Positions 10,501 to 21,507 of a stretch of DNA of 64,000 nucleotides are shown piece after piece; the stretch's first letter is position 1; each line of letters begins with the position of its first letter. Source of the DNA: a virus. Taxonomy: Duplodnaviria; Caudoviricetes. The DNA is taken from the IMG/VR virus record IMGVR_UViG_3300023081_000014, positions 1,898-65,897 of that record; one strand, written 5' to 3'. The position numbers and the translations under genes are program-made. The notes below the pieces were generated by a model. It was given only the letters and a program-made list of their open reading frames with translations. It did no database searches and was not told the origin of the DNA.

Positions 10501-13500
10501 CCTAAGTATACTCCTAAGATTTATGTTGACAATACCTACGTAACACCAACTAAAGTTATCCAGGGACACGACGGAAGTAAAACAGTAGCCTACAATGATT
10601 ATCGTGATGATATTCTTTTAGAATTAGAAAAAAGAATTTACAATAATATTAAAGTAGAATACAAACGAAATGTTTTTGATAACAACGAATTTAGACCCGG
10701 TGCTTTTAGAAAAACAGAATTTAATTACGATCAATATATAGATATCTTAAGAGATGATTTTGGTTATTGGGCTAATTTTTATGAAATTGATTATTTGACA
10801 AATACAACATCTGTTGAAGGTGACGTTTTCTCTTATAATCTTGATAATACATCAGATACTATTAACAACGAAAGTTTGCCTGGATATTGGAGACAAATTT
10901 ACAAACAGTTTTTTGATACAGATAGACCTCATACAGATCCATGGGAAATGATAGGTTATAGTGAAAAACCATCTTGGTGGGAAGACCGATATGGTCCAGC
11001 ACCTTACACAAACGGAAACAAAATTTTATGGAATGATTTAGAAAAGGGTTTTGATTTTGGTACTGGCAAAGAAAATTTAATTTATGCTAGACCAGGTTTA
11101 AGCAAAATACTTCCTGTGAACGAATACGGAGAGTTATTATCTCCAATTGAAGCAAACATGGTTGCAGGATTTATTAGCACAAATTTAAACAATGATTGGG
11201 TATTTGGAGACGGTGGTCCTTCAGAATATGCATGGAGATCAAGTAGTTGGTATCCGTTTGCTGAACAAATTGCATTAGCATTATTAAAACCAGCAAACTA
11301 TCTAACGACACAGTTTGACACAAGTCAAAATATTGTATCACCTAGCGGTAACACAGTATACAAGTCAACAGGAAAGATAGTTGACTTTACAGATATTAAA
11401 ATTCATAATCTTTATTATAATGATATAAGATATTTTGGATCAGGGTATCATGTTTGTGTTGTTGATTATTTGAAAGACAAAGGCCAAAACGTTAAAACAG
11501 GTTATTACGACAGATTATCTAATACCAGCATGAATCTAACTTACAAAACAGGTGCTTTTGTAAACAAAGAAAGATTGCGTATATTATTAGAAAGCAGTAA
11601 TCCTAACAGTCCTGATAAGAGTGTTTTCCTACCTCAAGAAAATTACGAAATAACTTTTAGAAAATCAAATCCTGTGTTTACTGCAAAAATGTCAGGCATA
11701 ATTGTTGAAAAAACAGACAACGGTTATCTTGTAAAAGGATATGACAAATATCAGCCTGTGTTTAAAATCTTTAAACCAATACTTTCAGAAAGAGATTCTG
11801 CCGAAGTGGTTGGTGGTACCACAGCAAAGTTTGTTCTTTGGCAAGAAAATAAGTTTTATGGTATTGGACAAATTGTACAATACGAAGATTCTTATTTTAG
11901 AGTTAAAGAAGACCACACAAGCGGAACTACGTTTGATCAATCAAAATATACTAGACTGGCAGAGTTGCCATTAACTGGCGGAACCAGTGTACAAAAACCA
12001 AGACGATTTGAGGAAACTGTAACAGAAATTCCATATAACATTGTTCTTCCTAATGTACAAGAAGTTTATAATCTCATTATTGGTTATGAAAAATATCTTG
12101 AAAGCATTGGCTTTGTGTTTGATGAAAGAGTTAACGAACTAGGAGAATTATCTAATTGGTCGTTTAGCGGAAAAGAATTTTTATACTGGACAACACAAGC
12201 ATGGGGTAAAGGAAGCATTATTACATTGTCACCTTTTGCACAAAAGGTTAAGTTTCAATACGGAACAGGACAAGTTGATAACGTTTTAGATACTTTCTAT
12301 GAATATACAATTTATACTGCCGGCGGAAGTCCGTTGCCTCGTGCAAATATTTCAACCGTGCGTGGCGAAGGCTTGTTTAGTTTATCTACAAAAGATACAG
12401 AACAAGGAATTTATAATATTCAATTAAATCTAATTCAGAAAGAACATGTTGTTGTACTAGATGACAAAACAATTTTTGGTGATATTGTGTATGACCAAGA
12501 AGCGGGTTATAGACAAGAAAGAATAAAATTAATTGGATTTAAAACCACAGATTGGGACGGTGATTTATTTTCTCCTGGCTTTGTATACGATGAAGCAAAA
12601 ATTAGTCCGTGGCAACAATTTAGAGATTACAATCTTGGTGATGTTGTAAAATACAAAACAAAATATTACTCTGCAAAATCATTTTTGCCTGGTGTAGAAA
12701 CTTTTAATTACAGTGACTGGATCTATTTAGAAAATGAACCTAAAGCAGAACTATTACCAAACTTGGATTTTAAAATTAGTAACTTCCAAGACTTTTATAA
12801 TCTAGACACAGAAACATTTGATGTAACAACGTCAGAACTTTCACAACATTTAATAGGATATCAAAAACGTTTTTACTTGGATAATTTGATTCAGGATAAT
12901 GTTTCACAGTATAAATTTTATCAAGGATTTATCAAAGAAAAAGGAACAGCAAACGCTATTGATAAAATAAGTCGTTTAAAAGTTGATGACGTACAAACAG
13001 ATGTTACTTATGATGAAGAATGGGCATTTAAGGTTGGTAGTTTAGGAAGCACATCAACTGTAAAAGAAATTGATTTTACACTTGATGAAACATTAAACGT
13101 TGACAATCCACAAGCATATGATTTTGTTTCTTCGGTTACAACAAACTCAACACCAGGAAACAATATCCAGTTGTTAGCAAATAAGATTGCTGTAAAACCT
13201 GCGGACTATGATAATAATCCTTGGCCTGTAACAACACTCAGTGCAACAGATGGTATTACAAGCACATATATTAATAAACTTCCTGTTGCAGGATATCCTA
13301 GACTTGACGATATTCCAACAACAGCATTCAGTTACAATGATCTAGTTGGTAGTAGCATTATTAATCAACTAGATGACGGCGATATTATTTGGGTTGCAAA
13401 AGACAAAAGCAAAGATTGGAATGTTTATCAATTAAAAGCCATTCCAGCAAGAGTTGTACAAACAGATGATTTAAAAACTGACTTTCTTGATGGTAAGATA

Positions 13501-16500
13501 ACACTTAATACTGATATTGATCATAACTTAGTACAAGGTCAACTTATTAGTGTTAAAAATTTCAACGATGATGTTGATAATGTTTACTTGGTTGACGAAG
13601 TATTATCAACCACTAGATTTAAGGTAATTGGTAACGACACAAGTGCAACACTTGAAGACAGTGCCGGCGGCACAATTTTAGAGTTTTTAAGCCTAAGGGT
13701 TACAAATCCAGACGATATTAATGATTTAAAAAATGTTTCTAAAATAACAACAGGAACATTGGTATTTGCTGACGATGACGGAACTGGCAAGTGGGCAGTA
13801 TATCAAAAGATAGATGCATTTATTGAACAAAAATGGTCAGGTCCTAATCCAATAGTTGGACAGCAATTTGGTTATAACATTGCTTCAGCAGATAACGGTA
13901 GATTAATTGTAGTAGCGGCACCCGGGTTTGGCGATGAAGGACAAATTTATGTGCTTGGCAGAGAATTTAACACAGGCATTGGAACACTTCAAACTACACA
14001 AGGTTTTGCAATTAGTGATAACTCCAGTGACAATATTGTTAGTGATGCAGGTCGTCCTGCACTTGGAACAAGTCTTGCATTAAGCAACGACGGTTCGGTA
14101 CTAGCGGCTGGCGCCCCAACAGCAAGTAACTTTAAAGCCGTTGATGATAGTTCTTACAAGGATAACTTTAGGGTAAGCATAGGAGATTTTACAGCAATAC
14201 CAAGTGACTTTTCACGTGAAGGTGTTGTTACTTTACATACCTATGATACTGAAGATAATCTTTTCAAAAGAAATTATGTTATCGGTTGTAGTGAACCTGA
14301 AACAGATGCATTCTTTGGAACAAGTTTATTAGTTTCAAATACAAAACTCTTAGTTGGAGCCCCTGGAAAAACAGCACATCAAGGTAAAGTATACATTTAT
14401 GATAAGACAACACTTGCCGATGGTAGCACAGTAGATTGGAATATAAGTGATCATCATATTTTAAGCATATCTAATAGCAGAGATGGAGATAGATTTGGTA
14501 CTTCAATGACAGGAACCAAAGACCTATCGTTAATTGCTGTAAGTGCTCCAGGATACGAATTACAAAGTGACGATAGTTCTGCAAGCAAGGGTGCGGTGTT
14601 TGTTTACAGATTACATAATAACGAATATCAATTGCTACAAACTATTAGTTCTGCAACGTTTGATCAAATTGATGCAGGTGATCAGTTTGGATATGCAGTA
14701 TCAATGAGTGAGAATGGAAACACATTAATAATAAGTGCTCCTTTCGAAGATGCTGGCAATATCAATGCCGGCGCAGTTTTCTACTTTAAGAAAACAGGCG
14801 ACGATAGCAGTCAAGATCTTTATACATATCAGCAAACAATCTTCAGTCCATTAAAAGAACTAGAAGAAAAATTTGGTTCAAATATTTCTGTTAACCCTGC
14901 AGGTGACGGATTTGCTGTATGGAGTGAACACGGCAGAAATGTTTTATCAACATCATTTGACAAATACACAAGATTAGAAGATAGCAGTCTAGAAGAAACA
15001 ACACTAGAAACAACATTTGATGCTAACAGTTTAAAACTTGTTGATGAAAATTATGCAAGTGGTACGGTGTTTACATATTCGTTATTGAATACTAAATTTG
15101 TCTTTGGTCAAAAGGTTAACTCAGAAACATTAAAGAGTTTTGATGCTTTTGGTCAGGGAATGAACTACACAAATAATTCATTATTAATTGGTGCTCCTAA
15201 TCATGATCAATATGGAACAGGTGCACTAGGTGCTTTATGGTCTTTCCAAAAAGTTAAAACAGGTGGCTGGAACAAACTAAGAGTACAAGAAGATCCAGTT
15301 GATCCTTACAGTGTCAAGAAAACATTTACATATAATACAGCAACAAATAGAGTTAAAGATTTCCTTGAAACTGTTGATCCTGCTAAAGGAAAAATTCCTT
15401 ACCTAGCAGAAGCAGAAATTTCATACAAGTCCGACGTTGATCCTGCTTCGTATACACAAGGCGATAATAGTGTAACCGTAAGACCTACCACGGCATGGAC
15501 AGAAGAACATGTAGGAGAACTTTGGTGGGATTTAAGCACGGTTGCTTATGTTTGGTATGAACAAGGTGATACAGAATATAGAAAAACAAACTGGGGAACA
15601 TTATTTCCAGGATCAAGTGTTGATGTTTATGAATGGGTAGAAACAGATCTACTACCAAGTGAATGGGAAGAACTTTCTGGAACGGTTGAAGGAACCAGCC
15701 TAGGATTTAGCGGAACACCTAAGTATGGTGACGACATTTATGTAACTAAAAACATCTATAATAGAAACACAAGTGGGTTTGAAACAAGATATTACTATTG
15801 GGTTAAAAATAAAATTACAACACCTGATGTAGCAAATAGAAAATTACCTGCTGTAGAAGTTGCGAATATTATTGAAGATCCTCAAGCGTATGGAATAAAA
15901 AGCATTCAACTATTGAGCAAAAATGCTATTAGTATAAGCAATGTTAAAACAACTCTCGACGATTTAAATATTAATCTAAATATTCAATATAGAAATGTTG
16001 AAACTGACATACCAGAGCACAACGAATGGCAACTTATTGGTGAAAAACAAACTAAGAAAATTGAAAACGAACTATTAGTTAAAAAACTTATTGATAGTTT
16101 GGTGGGGTATGACAGTCAAGGAAACCCTGTACCTGACCCAGCATTGCCAGCAACAAGAAAATATGGACTACAAATACGCCCAAGACAGAGCATCTTTGCT
16201 GATAGACTAAAAGCATTAAAAACTATTATTACATACTGTAATGATGTAATGGGTAAAACTAGAGTTGTTGACACTAAAAACATTCAACCTTTGTTTGAAA
16301 AAGATCCTGAACCAGGATCGGGAACAGGTAAATGGGACGTAAGAGTTGACGACTTTGCAGAAATAAGTCAAATTGGTACACAAGATCTTGTTACAGCAAC
16401 AGCAACAGCAACTCTTGTTAATGGTAGAGTTACTAAAGTTACTGTTAACAACCAAGGATACGGATATGTTAATGCTCCTGAGATTACATTAACAGGAGAC

Positions 16501-19500
16501 GGTTCGGGTGCTAAACTTAAAGCAAATATTGATAGCAGAGGAAGAGTAACTTCGATTGATGTTCTTAAAAAGGGAACAAACTACAGTTACTTAAATTTAG
16601 AAATTAGACCGTTTAAAGTTTTAGTAGCAGTTGATGAAACTGCAAATAATAATTGGTCTTTATATGAATGGGTAAGTTCTGTAAACAACTGGACAAGAAC
16701 TAATACACAAACATATAATCTAAATAGATTCTGGAGTTATAAAGATTACGTTGTTGATGGGTTTACAGTAGACGAAATTATTAATCACAAAATTACAGCA
16801 CCATACGAATTAAACACAATTACTCCAGAATTAGGAGAATTAGTACAGATAGATAACGCAGGTGACGGCAACAAAATGATTCTGCGTAAGGTTATTGCTG
16901 ATGGTACATTTAGTGATGATTATGACTTAATGTACAAAGCAAAATCAACAATACAAATTAATACCAACATTTACAATTACCAAGAACTAAATTTTGGTTT
17001 TGCAGGTTTAGAAAATTATGATGTTAATTTGTTTGATAGTGAGCCAATTACTGAAACAAGAAAAATTCTAGAAACCATTAGAGATAACATCTTTGTAGAT
17101 GATCTAAAAGCCAACTGGAATGAACTATTCTTTATTGCAATAAGACATGTGTTTAGTGAACAAAGTTTTGTTGATTGGGCATTTAAATCTAGTTTCATAA
17201 ACATTACAAATAACCTTGGAACTCTAAGTAGAAAATTAAACTACAAAATAAGTGATCCTGGTTATATTGAAAGTTATGTTAAAGAAGTTAAACCTTATAA
17301 AACTGTTATTAGAAACTTTATTAACAACTATGAAAGTTTAGAAAATGTAAATGCCGGAACAACAGACTTTGATCTTCCTAGTTACTGGGATGAAGAAAAT
17401 AAGAAATTTGTTGCTGTTAAAATTACAGATGACAAGATAAGTGAACAACCTTACATAAATTGGTTTGATAATTATAAGTTTAGCATTGGAAGAATAGATG
17501 TAACCGACGAGGGTGCAGGGTATACAGAACCACCAATAGTTGTTATTAGTGGCGGCCGTACAAACAAGCCTACAATTACTCAAACATCGCAGTTTAGACC
17601 GTTGGTTACAACAGACTATACTGACACAAGGTTCTTTGTTAAAACAACAAGCATACCTGATCACGGTTTCCTTAGAAATCCTGGTGTGAATACTGTTACA
17701 GCACAGGACTTTACATTTGAAATAACACGCACACCTGTTGAAGCAATCGATAAAGTTGCTACACCGCTGGGAGAAATTGGTGTTGCTGTTAATGGTGTTG
17801 TTTTCTACAATCCAAAAGCGGCACTTAGTGAAGTAAGAAATGGTGTTGAGTATGAACTTAATGCTGTAGAAAATCATGAAGAATTGGGAATAGATGACGG
17901 TAGTGGACATCCACAAGAGAATGGTGTTTATCATTATCACTCTGATCCACGTTTGATGTATACAAAAGATGAAAACAATCACTCACCTTTACTAGGTTAT
18001 GCACTTGATGGATATCCAATTTACGGTCCATATGGTTGGGACACCCCAACAGGCAGATCAAATCCAAGGGTTATGCAGTCTAGTTACAGACTTAAGACTA
18101 CTCCACGTGCAGACGGTAGCGATCCTGATGGAAGATACATTGAAGATTTTGAATATGTTGCTGGGTTAGGTGATCTAGATCAACACAACGGTAGAACTTG
18201 TAACACTCCGGAGTATCCAGATGGTACATACGCTTACTTTATAACCGTTGATCCTGCAGACGTTGATAAAGCAGTGTATCCTTATATTATTGGTCCTACC
18301 TATTATGGTGCACCAATACTACCAAATGGAAATAAAACTTTACCTGGAGATGCAGTTGTTGATGCAACCGCAGTTGCTTATACTTCAAGAGGTATTGTTA
18401 GAGAGATTATAGTTACAAATCCTGGTAGCGGATACGCAAGTGCTCCAACGGTTACACTTGCTGGCGGCGGCGGAGAAGATGCGGTTACTAAATCTGCACT
18501 TGCTTATGCTATATTAGAAAACAAAAAAGTTAGAATTAACACTGTTAATATGGCGTTTGATAGATTAAGCAGTAAGAAAATTATACAAACACAAACACAA
18601 ACAGATACATTTACTGCAACTTCTGGTCAAGTTAAGTTTAAGTTGACTTACTTACCAACGCTTGATAAGCGTGAAATTGATATTAACATCAATAATGAAA
18701 CTGTTTATATTGAAAATTATCAAGTTAGCATAGTAACAGCAAAAGATGCAACCTATAAAAAGAAAGAAGGTTACATTATCTTTAATACACCTCCGGGTGC
18801 AAACGCAAATGTTAGCATTACATATAAGAAATCAATTGATCTAATGCAGGCAACTGATAGAATTGATTACTATTATCAACCAACAGCAGGTATGCTTGGT
18901 AAAGATCCAGCACAATTAATGACTGGTGTTGAATATGATGGCGTTCAAGTACAAGGATTAGAGTTTGATATTAGCGTTGGTTGGGATGGCCTTCCATGGT
19001 TTAGTCATGGTTGGGATACATTCTCAGGAACTAATACAGATTATGCGTTCCGTGCAGATGGAACAACAACAACATTTACACTACCGTACACTCCAGAAAG
19101 TGGACAGGAAATAAATGTTTACTTTGATAATGTAAGACAGGATCCTACAAACACACCTACTATTGTTGGTGACGGTAATACGGATACATTTACACTAGGT
19201 GTTGCGGCACTAGATGGAACTCTTGTTGTGTTTAGACAAAAAGAATCAGACGGAAGTCTTGTTCCAACAGACGTAAACAACCTTGATGCAATTATTCAAG
19301 GTGGTAACTTTAGTTACAGCACAGCAACAGGTACACGCCCAGAAGATATTAGCATTGATGGTGATGGATTTGTAACACCAGACACAAGCCATGCTCCAGA
19401 AGAAGTTGTTCCAGGACAGGTATTTGATTCATTAAGTATGCAAATTTACAATTCACCTGCTGACGGATCACCATTGATCGTAACAAATAGATACTTTGGT

Positions 19501-21504
19501 AACAGTATAAAGCGTAATTACGGATTTGACCTTTATCCTGGCACACAAGACAGTGTCTTTGTATCAGTCGCGGGTGTTTATTTAGAAAATGGCATTGATT
19601 ATACAATTGATTATCAGAACAAAGAAATTGATTTTGTTGATGCTCCGGAAATCGGTGAACTTGTAACAATACAAACCTTAAATGTTGGTGGTGCAAATAT
19701 TCTTGAAAGACAAAGATTTGTAAATGATGATTCAACTACAACATTTAGATTAACAGCAAATTACGATGATGTAAAAAGTGCGTTTGTTACTGTTAACGGT
19801 GTAAGACAAGATTATCAAATTTTAGAAGATGCTGATACAGGAAGTGCTGAAATACTGTTAACTAATCCGCCAGATGCTATTTCATCAGGATCTATTATTG
19901 AAATTACTGCACTTAGTACAAGCGAAAAAACATATAGTGAGATTATTAAAGAATCTATAACCGATGACGGTAGCACTATGTCTTATAGACTTACAAATAT
20001 TCCTGGAAATATTGCTCCTTATCATAATATGGTAATTGCAGAAGTAAAAGATTTAGACACAGGAACCATTACTAGACTGTTACCACCAGACACTGTTTAC
20101 TATGTAAGCAACGGTGTAACACAAAGTTATACGGTAAGTCAAGATCCAGAGTATCCTACATTCTTCCTAGCATTGGGTGAGATTGAAGTTCACCTAAACG
20201 GAATTAAATTGGTACCAATTAGAGACTTTAACTTTGACACACAAACAAACTTGGTAACATTTAACCAGAATGTTTTAAATTCAGGCGATGCTATTGCTAT
20301 CACAATACTTAGAAATCATGAATATGAAGTAAGTGTAACAGGTGATAGTGCCGGAGATACTGAAGCAAATCTTGTTATACTAAAAAATAGAGCAGAGTTA
20401 CCAACTAATACAGAGTATCAAGTAACAACGTTTACAAATCATGATGCTAATTTGATTAGAAAAGAAGTGTATACAGGAAAACTTGGTGGGACTTATACGT
20501 TAAGTCGTCCTGCTATCGATTCTAATTATATTTGGGTTGAAATTGACGGAACACCTATAGTAGCAGAAAGAGATTATAAGGTATTAGACAACAATACAAC
20601 TGTTGAAATTGATGATAAGTTTACTGTTACGCCAAGTTCAAGGGTTGTTATCACAACTTTCAGCGAAGAAATAAGTTATGATTCAATTGGCTATAGAATT
20701 TTCAACGACATGTTACACAGATCTCATTACAAACGTATTAGTGATCAAGATTCGACAAAACTTGCCGTTGCACTTAAAAATACCGATAAGAAAATTTCAT
20801 TAACTGATGCAAGTTTCTTGCAAACACCAAGTCCAGAAAACAAAGTGCCAGGTGTTATCTGGATTGATAGAGAAAGAATTGAATTCTACAAAATTAACGG
20901 TAATGATTTAGAACAAATTGTAAGAGGAACACTTGGAACTGGAGTTAAAGAAACTTACGCAGTAGGAACAAAAGTGTTTGATGCTGGACCAAGTCAAACT
21001 GTTCCTTACATTGAAACCGTAAATGTTTACGAAGGTGTAATTAGAGACGGATTACCCAACGGTACCAAAGAGCATGTACTTGAAACTATTAATATAAGTT
21101 CTAGTGCAGAAGCACATGACCAAGTAGAAGTGTACCTAGGCGGTAGAAAACTACAAAAACCAACTGTTTCAACCAATCCAATTAAGATACATGATGTTGA
21201 AATTGCATTTGATAGTAACGAAACTAATAGCACAGGTGTTGAAAGTGATGTATTGCAAACACCGGAGTTTACTATCGAAGCAGTGGGCGATTCAAGTGGT
21301 AAAAACTACTATAAATTAGTACTTAGAGATGAGCCTCAACTAGGTTTAGAACTAAAAGTAATACAAAAACAGGGCAGAGTATGGCACGAGCAAGGCGTTA
21401 ATACAGCGTCAACAGGCACCACATTGCAACGTGCGGAAACTGCACAGGCTAAGTTCTTGCTGGAGAGACCCAGTGGCTTACCTGTAATAAATATTAGGGA
21501 ATAA
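7558..21504 (+). CDS. Giant multidomain virion/baseplate protein (4648 aa) with cupredoxin-like, CBM-like, FG-GAP propeller, YHYH and Ig-like modules
   Basis: Single 13.9-kb ORF coupled to gp6 by TAATG. Motifs: GHPF...YYTCGVHQEMQG; repeated FGxxxA...LxVGAPG; GVYHYHSDP; GxGYxxxPxxxxxGG modules; repeated VxxNG...DY...F...P modules. Confidence 0.8.
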   Translation: MAYSDNSNTPVNATNKDKYRNSSALLPMFFRTEANKKFLGSTLDPLISKGQLERINGFVGSRYSKTVTPEDRYVPEPTSNRRRYNLLPSVVIRDDFDDRTEWLATYDDLINQLNYFNSNTDNHDKLFSSKYYAWNPHIDFDKISNYRQYYWLPQGPSPVTITGLAEGTVSAFTVTNQNSDAWVFTPDGSSANPIIKLFRGATYKFEVNAPGHPFYIKLAKTTGALDQYEEGITNNGTENGAVVFTIPKGAPDILYYTCGVHQEMQGIFEIKNAEDELNINIPTEILGKSEYTSSNGVKFTNGLKVNFDGNVTPSTYKNKNFYVEGVGDKIKLLPVSEFDTPEGYGQNFDYEFDIDAFDETPYDDAESSPETPEYVTINRASIDKNPWTRYNRWFHKEVIEQTAKYNNTTVVLDETQRAKRPIIEFLPNIQLHNFAVEGLGNIDLIDTVTTDVFSDVEGQIGYYVDQIDLTAGMRVSFNADPDITVKGKIYEVQFVEHGGKSRLHLEEVDVPVQGQGVVVTKGVSNKGTSWYFNGTQWIKAQQKTTINQAPLFDLYDQQGVSFADSTYGIENFKGNELVSYKQGSGANDPILGFPIEYQNVNNIGDIVFEFDWDDSTFVYTNNNQNILQDTASGSIKINKSLTESVFESGWSLVDEKTRQEIVQLNDTIAETPFIEVTAIQDPGLYIGAENIVVQVNGDVLKPTTGFTTRRSDNSKQLFIDFVQAIPTNSRIITKILTDRLPTDFGFYEPPVNLTNNSENNDLKTFTLGSITDHVNTIFTNDKRVQGKFNLTSNARDIKDLYKKGNRYVKHQGSLLPAMFGLIDSETNVIKAIRKNSVDYNIFKQRFIETFEQVEISGLPRDDVDDILYKLSLNSNVNSPYYYSDMAGYGKTLTKLEYEVTTFEQQVFGIQSNFNLTEISNRSIYVYYNGEHLINDVDYEFDLTDNTVILKRDTSIGDKVVVYEYETVGNAIPSTPTKLGLYPKYTPKIYVDNTYVTPTKVIQGHDGSKTVAYNDYRDDILLELEKRIYNNIKVEYKRNVFDNNEFRPGAFRKTEFNYDQYIDILRDDFGYWANFYEIDYLTNTTSVEGDVFSYNLDNTSDTINNESLPGYWRQIYKQFFDTDRPHTDPWEMIGYSEKPSWWEDRYGPAPYTNGNKILWNDLEKGFDFGTGKENLIYARPGLSKILPVNEYGELLSPIEANMVAGFISTNLNNDWVFGDGGPSEYAWRSSSWYPFAEQIALALLKPANYLTTQFDTSQNIVSPSGNTVYKSTGKIVDFTDIKIHNLYYNDIRYFGSGYHVCVVDYLKDKGQNVKTGYYDRLSNTSMNLTYKTGAFVNKERLRILLESSNPNSPDKSVFLPQENYEITFRKSNPVFTAKMSGIIVEKTDNGYLVKGYDKYQPVFKIFKPILSERDSAEVVGGTTAKFVLWQENKFYGIGQIVQYEDSYFRVKEDHTSGTTFDQSKYTRLAELPLTGGTSVQKPRRFEETVTEIPYNIVLPNVQEVYNLIIGYEKYLESIGFVFDERVNELGELSNWSFSGKEFLYWTTQAWGKGSIITLSPFAQKVKFQYGTGQVDNVLDTFYEYTIYTAGGSPLPRANISTVRGEGLFSLSTKDTEQGIYNIQLNLIQKEHVVVLDDKTIFGDIVYDQEAGYRQERIKLIGFKTTDWDGDLFSPGFVYDEAKISPWQQFRDYNLGDVVKYKTKYYSAKSFLPGVETFNYSDWIYLENEPKAELLPNLDFKISNFQDFYNLDTETFDVTTSELSQHLIGYQKRFYLDNLIQDNVSQYKFYQGFIKEKGTANAIDKISRLKVDDVQTDVTYDEEWAFKVGSLGSTSTVKEIDFTLDETLNVDNPQAYDFVSSVTTNSTPGNNIQLLANKIAVKPADYDNNPWPVTTLSATDGITSTYINKLPVAGYPRLDDIPTTAFSYNDLVGSSIINQLDDGDIIWVAKDKSKDWNVYQLKAIPARVVQTDDLKTDFLDGKITLNTDIDHNLVQGQLISVKNFNDDVDNVYLVDEVLSTTRFKVIGNDTSATLEDSAGGTILEFLSLRVTNPDDINDLKNVSKITTGTLVFADDDGTGKWAVYQKIDAFIEQKWSGPNPIVGQQFGYNIASADNGRLIVVAAPGFGDEGQIYVLGREFNTGIGTLQTTQGFAISDNSSDNIVSDAGRPALGTSLALSNDGSVLAAGAPTASNFKAVDDSSYKDNFRVSIGDFTAIPSDFSREGVVTLHTYDTEDNLFKRNYVIGCSEPETDAFFGTSLLVSNTKLLVGAPGKTAHQGKVYIYDKTTLADGSTVDWNISDHHILSISNSRDGDRFGTSMTGTKDLSLIAVSAPGYELQSDDSSASKGAVFVYRLHNNEYQLLQTISSATFDQIDAGDQFGYAVSMSENGNTLIISAPFEDAGNINAGAVFYFKKTGDDSSQDLYTYQQTIFSPLKELEEKFGSNISVNPAGDGFAVWSEHGRNVLSTSFDKYTRLEDSSLEETTLETTFDANSLKLVDENYASGTVFTYSLLNTKFVFGQKVNSETLKSFDAFGQGMNYTNNSLLIGAPNHDQYGTGALGALWSFQKVKTGGWNKLRVQEDPVDPYSVKKTFTYNTATNRVKDFLETVDPAKGKIPYLAEAEISYKSDVDPASYTQGDNSVTVRPTTAWTEEHVGELWWDLSTVAYVWYEQGDTEYRKTNWGTLFPGSSVDVYEWVETDLLPSEWEELSGTVEGTSLGFSGTPKYGDDIYVTKNIYNRNTSGFETRYYYWVKNKITTPDVANRKLPAVEVANIIEDPQAYGIKSIQLLSKNAISISNVKTTLDDLNINLNIQYRNVETDIPEHNEWQLIGEKQTKKIENELLVKKLIDSLVGYDSQGNPVPDPALPATRKYGLQIRPRQSIFADRLKALKTIITYCNDVMGKTRVVDTKNIQPLFEKDPEPGSGTGKWDVRVDDFAEISQIGTQDLVTATATATLVNGRVTKVTVNNQGYGYVNAPEITLTGDGSGAKLKANIDSRGRVTSIDVLKKGTNYSYLNLEIRPFKVLVAVDETANNNWSLYEWVSSVNNWTRTNTQTYNLNRFWSYKDYVVDGFTVDEIINHKITAPYELNTITPELGELVQIDNAGDGNKMILRKVIADGTFSDDYDLMYKAKSTIQINTNIYNYQELNFGFAGLENYDVNLFDSEPITETRKILETIRDNIFVDDLKANWNELFFIAIRHVFSEQSFVDWAFKSSFINITNNLGTLSRKLNYKISDPGYIESYVKEVKPYKTVIRNFINNYESLENVNAGTTDFDLPSYWDEENKKFVAVKITDDKISEQPYINWFDNYKFSIGRIDVTDEGAGYTEPPIVVISGGRTNKPTITQTSQFRPLVTTDYTDTRFFVKTTSIPDHGFLRNPGVNTVTAQDFTFEITRTPVEAIDKVATPLGEIGVAVNGVVFYNPKAALSEVRNGVEYELNAVENHEELGIDDGSGHPQENGVYHYHSDPRLMYTKDENNHSPLLGYALDGYPIYGPYGWDTPTGRSNPRVMQSSYRLKTTPRADGSDPDGRYIEDFEYVAGLGDLDQHNGRTCNTPEYPDGTYAYFITVDPADVDKAVYPYIIGPTYYGAPILPNGNKTLPGDAVVDATAVAYTSRGIVREIIVTNPGSGYASAPTVTLAGGGGEDAVTKSALAYAILENKKVRINTVNMAFDRLSSKKIIQTQTQTDTFTATSGQVKFKLTYLPTLDKREIDININNETVYIENYQVSIVTAKDATYKKKEGYIIFNTPPGANANVSITYKKSIDLMQATDRIDYYYQPTAGMLGKDPAQLMTGVEYDGVQVQGLEFDISVGWDGLPWFSHGWDTFSGTNTDYAFRADGTTTTFTLPYTPESGQEINVYFDNVRQDPTNTPTIVGDGNTDTFTLGVAALDGTLVVFRQKESDGSLVPTDVNNLDAIIQGGNFSYSTATGTRPEDISIDGDGFVTPDTSHAPEEVVPGQVFDSLSMQIYNSPADGSPLIVTNRYFGNSIKRNYGFDLYPGTQDSVFVSVAGVYLENGIDYTIDYQNKEIDFVDAPEIGELVTIQTLNVGGANILERQRFVNDDSTTTFRLTANYDDVKSAFVTVNGVRQDYQILEDADTGSAEILLTNPPDAISSGSIIEITALSTSEKTYSEIIKESITDDGSTMSYRLTNIPGNIAPYHNMVIAEVKDLDTGTITRLLPPDTVYYVSNGVTQSYTVSQDPEYPTFFLALGEIEVHLNGIKLVPIRDFNFDTQTNLVTFNQNVLNSGDAIAITILRNHEYEVSVTGDSAGDTEANLVILKNRAELPTNTEYQVTTFTNHDANLIRKEVYTGKLGGTYTLSRPAIDSNYIWVEIDGTPIVAERDYKVLDNNTTVEIDDKFTVTPSSRVVITTFSEEISYDSIGYRIFNDMLHRSHYKRISDQDSTKLAVALKNTDKKISLTDASFLQTPSPENKVPGVIWIDRERIEFYKINGNDLEQIVRGTLGTGVKETYAVGTKVFDAGPSQTVPYIETVNVYEGVIRDGLPNGTKEHVLETINISSSAEAHDQVEVYLGGRKLQKPTVSTNPIKIHDVEIAFDSNETNSTGVESDVLQTPEFTIEAVGDSSGKNYYKLVLRDEPQLGLELKVIQKQGRVWHEQGVNTASTGTTLQRAETAQAKFLLERPSGLPVINIRE
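21488..21493 (+). promoter_or_regulatory. T4-late-like promoter core TAAATA
   Basis: taaTAAATAttagggaataaccaATG, with an AGGGA SD before 21508. Confidence 0.45.
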
Positions 21505-21507
21505 CCA

